The notes under the pieces were generated by a model. It saw nothing but the letters and a program-made list of their open reading frames with translations. It was not told the DNA's origin and ran no database searches. DNA of 40,133 nucleotides, taken from positions 139,780,252-139,820,384 of the forward strand of contig NC_068984.1 of the NCBI RefSeq assembly GCF_001194135.2. The letters are read 5' to 3'. Positions within the stretch are counted from its first letter, which is position 1; each line of letters begins with the position of its first letter. The position numbers and the translations under genes are program-made. The stretch comes from Octopus bimaculoides. Lineage: Eukaryota. Shown one piece after another: positions 34,187 through 40,133 of the stretch.

Positions 34187-35466
34187 TATTGTGTTTCAGA
34201 TAAATTTACATCAATTTGTTATCTAATGGATCCATCGAATGGTGTCTAATTTTAAACAGACTGTGTAGAAATGACTAAAAATATCATGTTTAATGCTTTT
34301 GGGCTTTTCTTTTCGTTTCAGGTATAGAAATACCACCCACCGGAAAACAAAAAGCGTATTGTGTATTAGATTATCCTCGAACACAAACGGACAGCACTAT
34401 GCAACGTGCATTTGTGAAAGAATTCGCTTAAAGTGCACCAGATACTATGCAGATTTCAACATGACACAAAATATAAAAAAGAGGAGGTGATATGTGTAGG
34501 GAAAAAAAGGTCTAGATGACTACCAGTATCGGTCGAGCTGGTTGTTGAAACATTTACGTGAAACGACAGAAAGTCAATAAGAAAAGCAAATCTGGAAACC
34601 CAGATTCTTCCCACAACAGTTTGGCATGTGGCAAGCAAACGCTTGTAAATGACATCCTACAAGCTGTAGCTCTTTCAGGCCTTAAAGAGAGACGATAAGC
34701 AAAAGCGCATGCAATCCTGTGTCCATATGTAAGAGAAACTTCAAGAAGACAAGTTTCAAGAACATCTTGTTTCAGTGATGAGACCACATTTCATACGAAT
34801 GACAAAGTGAACAATAATAATCCTCAACCCACAGTGGAGCACGTGAGGGACCCTGCAAAAATGAATATGTTGTGCGTCATCTCTAAGAATCATCTCCATG
34901 GCCCGTTTTTCTTTGAGAGAAATGTGACTGGTGATGATGCTCATCGACAAATGATGCAGCACTGGATATTCCATTGCAAATGAATTTTTCAACAGGATGG
35001 GTCTCCACCTCACTGGAAGCTAACTCCGCCGGTTTATCCGAATGAGAATCTGTCAGGGGGGGGGGGTGAAATAGGCGTGCTGGTAATGAAGACAACGTCT
35101 TGTTGAAATGGCCACCAACGTCATTTGCCCTGGCATCTTGCAATTTTTTTTCCAAGGGCTATTCTCTTCCAACAAACCCAAAAGAACTCAAGCAGAGATT
35201 CACTGGCACAGTAGAGATTATTACCCAAGACATTCTGCAGGATCTGAACAATCGATTTGACGTGTCCTGTGTTACGAGTTCTACTCATACTGAGATATCC
35301 CGAGAGATCGTTCATGAAATTCACATACCTTTGACTTTCTCATTCACATTTTAATGAATAGATTTGATTTTATTCAACATGAATCTTGTTTAATTTCGTT
35401 TTGCTGCTTGTAATAACTGAAATATTTGCATCTCAAATGATGTCAAATTGTTTAGAACGCCCTGTA
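34187..35466 (+). mobile_element. Full-length decayed Tc1/mariner of the rosa/DD41D-like group, about 1.28 kb
   Basis: KQKAYCVLDYPRT...TMQRAF, KSIRKA...TVWHV..KRL..YKL*LFQAL, FSDETTFH (34771), VEHVRD..KMNMLC, GPFFF, FQQDGSPPHW (D at 34996), WPPTS..LASCNFF. Decayed TIRs at 34187-34226 and 35425-35466, ending cctgTA. Confidence 0.9.
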
Positions 35467-36814
35467 TATTACCTGAAAATGGAACACTTCAAAATTCATT
35501 TCCTTGCCACTCGGTATCGATTTCTTTATTTCAAAATATCTTATGACAATGGAAGAACAACTATTTTCATGTGCGTTTATGTATACATCCATATACATCC
35601 ACACACATACACACATACACACACATAAACACACATACACACACATACACATATATATATATATAACTGTACACTATCATACAAGTCCTCACAACACATG
35701 CAATTATCACACATATCATACGGCTGAGCTATTTGTACCGATAATGGACACTTAAACGTTTGCTAAATGCTTTCCATTCGTAGGAAAATCTACTTCAAAT
35801 TTCAAGCTAATTTCTTAAAAATTTGTGTATATAATATACATAAAACTGCATAGTCAAACTTTGGATGCTGGACGAAGAATGACAATCTATAGCATAATGG
35901 CTAATGGAACACCTGGTTAATACTATTTGTATACATATCATGAAGAAATATTACTCTGAAATATATATGCCTTGTAAAACGTTTAAGTGTTTTCCATGTA
36001 TATAATCAAAAACTTTCTATTCGTACGGTATATTTCAAAAAGCGTTCCTTTACAAGGTCATTCGAATGCTGGAAATAACCATACTGTGTGGGAAAATGTA
36101 TGTGAATACACGCTCACACATATACATATATATCGTGATAATGCAATGCCGCAACAAGTAGAAAAGCACTCTCTCAGCTAAGAGAGGAAAGATAATGTAT
36201 TAATAAAAAAAAAAACCCACAGATCTCGTTAAATACAGCTATGCGTGAGGCACATTCGAACCCATAAGAAAGCCATTCACTGTGTTTTTATCATGGAAAA
36301 AAATTCTTGCAGTAGAAAAAGAGGTGCAAAACACAGCGAGTAAGTACAGACGTCTCTCTATCCAGACTGATATATGCAAGCATTTCAGAGAAGTTATCAC
36401 GTCTTAATTCAGCATCAGGCATTGGGAAGGGAAGACACTACAAGCTGACAAAGAGATTGGTTTCTCTTTTATTCCAGTCAGCGTACTTCCAGTCGTTGTG
36501 CGAAACGGCGGCTCGGCCGCAAAACATTACGGACTAGGAACATTTAGCTGTGATGTGTACAAATATAAATGGCTTTACCAGTTCTCATATGCTTCAGGCA
36601 TATTCGAATGGGATCACGGGATTTTTGTCACATTAATGCTTCTTTTTATGTCGGATTGTAAACCACTCTTAATACTTTTACAAGAAAACTGGTCAAAATG
36701 ACTTCGAAACATCCACCTGACAGTTCAATAAAGCCTATCTGATGGAAACTTCGAAGTCACAGTCAATAATCCTCTTGTAATAGCCTAATAGGAAATATAT
36801 GTTTTTTTTATTAC

Positions 36815-37013
36815 TTTATTCGTTTCCTTGCTTCAGTCGATTGTACGGCCATGCTGGAGCACGCCTTTAGTTGAACGACTCGACCTCAGGACTTATTCTT
36901 TCTAAGCCTAATACGTATTCTATCGGTTTCTTTGGTCGAACCACTATGTCACGGGGACGTAAACGCAGTAATATCGCTTGTCAAGCAATGGTGGAAGGAC
37001 AAACACAGACACA

Positions 37014-37070
<57 letters not shown>

Positions 37071-37210
37071 GCACATACACACACACACACACACAGATAT
37101 ACGACGGGCTTCTTTCCGTTTTCGTCTACCAAATCCACACATAAGGTTTTGCTTGGTCCGAGGCTATAGTAGAAGGCACTTGGTCAAGGTGCCTCACAGT
37201 GGGACTTTAT
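36815..37210 (-). mobile_element. SINE family A, 5'-truncated, with internal (CA)n
   Basis: atacgacgggcttctttccgttttcgtctaccaaatccac...gaggctatagtagaaggcacttgg plus tail at 36815-37000. Confidence 0.9.
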
Positions 37211-37649
37211 CTCATTCTGAAAAAAAAATTATATATATATAATTTAATTAGAGGATGCGTAAACCTCATGAAGGGATGGTTTCATTCAAGGAAATACTGG
37301 TTCAATACCTGGTATTTGGAGGGAATCAATTTCCTTAGAATAATAGGTATATGTCACAACATAGTTTATATTCATTTAAAAGAAGAAAATGAAGATTGCG
37401 AAGTTAATAATTGTTTATAAAGAACAGCAAATTGGGCATGTACAGTGACGATGACCAATTTGCTGTTAATAATAAACAATCATTAACTACTCAATCTCCA
37501 TTTTCTTCTGCTTTTAGATGATCATAATATATATATATATATAGTGTACATCTGAGATCCAGAAGTTAGAGCTCCAAGGATTTGTACTTAGACTTAGATG
37601 TCTTCACGGGGGACCAATTCCGCGGGGTAAAGTGTGACTGTACACGTAA

Positions 37650-37770
37650 GCTAAGCTTCTTCACAGTTTCTGTCAACTAAATTCACTCACAAATCATTGG
37701 TCAGTCTGGGGCTTTAGTAGAAGACACTTGTTCGAGGACTGAACTTGAAATCTGTTGTTTACAGAAGTGA
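37650..37770 (-). mobile_element. SINE family A, degraded
   Basis: cttcttcacagtttctgtcaactaaattcactcacaa...gctttagtagaagacacttg. Confidence 0.7.
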
Positions 37771-38394
37771 GCTTTATAATACACATCCATGTCTACACCT
37801 CGATATGTATTTCACACCCTTTATATCTCACACAGATATCACGTATGAGCACATAACGCCCTCTACAGATTCTCACTTAACACGATTCAATATTATTGTA
37901 ATCTATTGTATAACATTGATGTCTAGCATAATGACTGACATAGCAAATATGGAATCGTGGATGTTTTTGAAAGAAAAATGTCTAAAGCAACAGTCATACA
38001 AGTAATTTTGTTATTCTGTGAGACCAACATAAATAAATAATCGATTTTGCTTCACTCCAATTGATCAAAGTATGAATACCATTTTTGCTTCCTTCCTTTG
38101 TTTTCATGTCTTCTAAAACCTAACAAGGAAAGAATTTAGATTTTTGAAAAGAAACTATCTTTGCCTTACATAATGTATATTTTATATTTTTTTTTTCCTC
38201 CCACGGAATAAACACGAGACTGAAATATATAACCAAATGATGAGAGCAGTTCAGAAATCTATACTTTTGTTGTCATTCACTATTTTTTTTATTATTATTG
38301 GTAATGGAGCTGGTTCTGGTGATAAAAGCGTTTACAAATCATTTATTTCACACGTTTTTTCTTTCGTAGCTCTCTTGATGACGATGTTGGTGCT

Positions 38395-38426
38395 GGTTGT
38401 GGTGGTGGTAATGATGATGATAATTG

Positions 38427-38460
<34 letters not shown>

Positions 38461-38600
38461 AACGATGTGTTTATTGTCAGTCCAAACATAGTTGGTTAAT
38501 TCTGTTTTCCACACACTCACACAATCACACACAAACATAAATACATACATACATACATACATACATACATACATACATACATACATACATACATACATAC
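38395..38600. repeat. (GGT)n(GAT)n and (TACA)n microsatellites
   Basis: Seen directly. Confidence 0.95.
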
Positions 38601-38989
38601 AGGTTTAACGGAAGCTCTCACACACTAGAAAAAAAAAACCTCTTCCCTAAAAAGGTTAGTAACATCCTCAAGAATTACATCTATGCATATATAAAGAAGA
38701 AAATATAACCAATGAGAAGCCAATCTCGTATGTGTGTTGGGTGGTGAGGAAAAAAATTAAAATTTCACCCCCACCGACACCCGTTAATAGAACAAAAGTA
38801 ATTTCAACAGGTGTATACAGATTGGTTTATCAATATTTAGATAAAGTGTTGAGTTAACATTAAGAGTATATTTGATATATATTTTATAAAGATGTGTATA
38901 AAATGTAAACACATTTTTATACAAATTTCTATACATATTTTTTAATTAATTTTATTCTATTTATGGTAGAAGCCCTTAGTTTTCATCTC

Positions 38990-39215
38990 CCACGGAGTCG
39001 CTGGCGCGCCTGGCGAAATTCTTAGCGGCATCTCTTCCGCCTTTACGATTTGAGATCAAATTCGGGGTCGATAGAATCAGTACCAGTCGAATGCTGATGT
39101 AGATGTAATCGACTATTCCCGTCCCCCAAATGTCAGTTCCTGTGCTTAGAGTAGACAGGATTAGGAGTGGGAATTTTGTGCGCCTGTTGCCTTCCTTGGA
39201 TGTGGTAGCCGTTAT
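38990..39215 (+). mobile_element. SINE family B, diverged
   Basis: gcgaaattcttagcggcat...tttacgatttgagatcaaatt...cggggtcgatagaatcagtaccag. Confidence 0.75.
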
Positions 39216-39511
39216 ATGTATATATATACGTATGCATATATNNNNNNNNNNNNNNNNNNNNNNNNNNNNNNNNNNNNNNNNNNNNNNNNNNNNNNNNNNN
39301 NNNNNNNNNNNNNNNNNNNNNNNNNNNNNNNNNNNATATATATATATATATATACATATATACATATATATAGTATGTTGCTCAAGGGCAGAATACATTG
39401 CAAGGAATTGAGCTCACGACCTTAAAATCGCGGGTCGTACACCTCCTTCCAATAAGTAACGAGCTTTAACTCTCTATACTGTACACCCACTAACTCCTTC
39501 ATGCACGAAAA

Positions 39512-39722
39512 TACATTATTCCGAGCCCTGTGTGTACTACACTCTACTACATTATTCCGAACCCTGTGTGTACTACACTCTACTACATTATTACGAACCC
39601 TGTGTGTACTACACTCTACTACATTATTATGAACCCTGTGTGTACTACACTCTACTACATTATTACGAACCCTGTGTGTACTACACTCTACTACATTATT
39701 CCGAACCCTGTGTGTACTACAC
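39512..39722. repeat. 36-bp minisatellite, about six copies
   Basis: Unit tacattattccgaaccctgtgtgtactacactctac starts at 39512, 39548, 39584, 39620, 39656 and 39692. Confidence 0.97.
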
Positions 39723-40034
39723 AACTCCATTCCATCACATCGACACGCAACCTGAAACAATATTTAACCACATGATCTTTACCTATATTGTTTTTCAAAT
39801 TGAAGCTTAACTTGTCAGCGTTGTTATTTTATTGAAATCCAGCATCTCCAGGAATGTTCTGGTGCTCATGATGAAGGAATGTGGTGTCATAATCTCTACA
39901 CCTACCACACAAAATTCTCAAAACACACATTTCACTCTGACTTTAAATACATATATAGACACATGCACATATATACACAAGCATATATACATATATACAC
40001 ATGTATGTTTGTCGATATACATGTGTGTGTATGA

Positions 40035-40077
<43 letters not shown>

Positions 40078-40133
40078 ACATATATTATACATATATATAT
40101 GTTTGTGTGTGTGTATGTATCTATATATATATA

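Noticed and set aside
39512-39722. CRISPR-like array (36-bp repeats)
   Set aside because: The repeats are contiguous with no spacers, there are no cas genes, and the context is eukaryotic.

Overview
Eukaryotic, AT-rich, gapped draft-assembly window with no protein-coding gene I can support. Almost all ORFs in the track are artefacts of microsatellites or N-gaps. The content is transposon debris and simple repeats: at least four tRNA-headed SINE families (about 25 copies or fragments), five decayed Tc1/mariner elements, a Helitron RepHel relic with an intact hairpin-CTAG 3' end, an R4/Dong-like LINE 3' end, two probable Penelope-like (GIY-YIG) relics, hAT- and piggyBac-type MITEs, two fold-back elements and a 36-bp minisatellite. 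From memory, the SINE families and the microsatellite load match Octopus genomes; this taxon call is inference. The best leads are hammerhead-ribozyme motifs. One is a near-canonical type I hammerhead at 11117-11179 whose 3' half is mirrored by an upstream antisense copy. Another is a complete 259-bp retroposon (5178-5436), flanked by an 11-bp direct repeat, that joins a tRNA-like Pol III head to a Penelope-style minimal hammerhead. A third, decayed motif (28523-28556) follows a GIY-YIG relic. All alignments and folds were done by eye; no searches were run.
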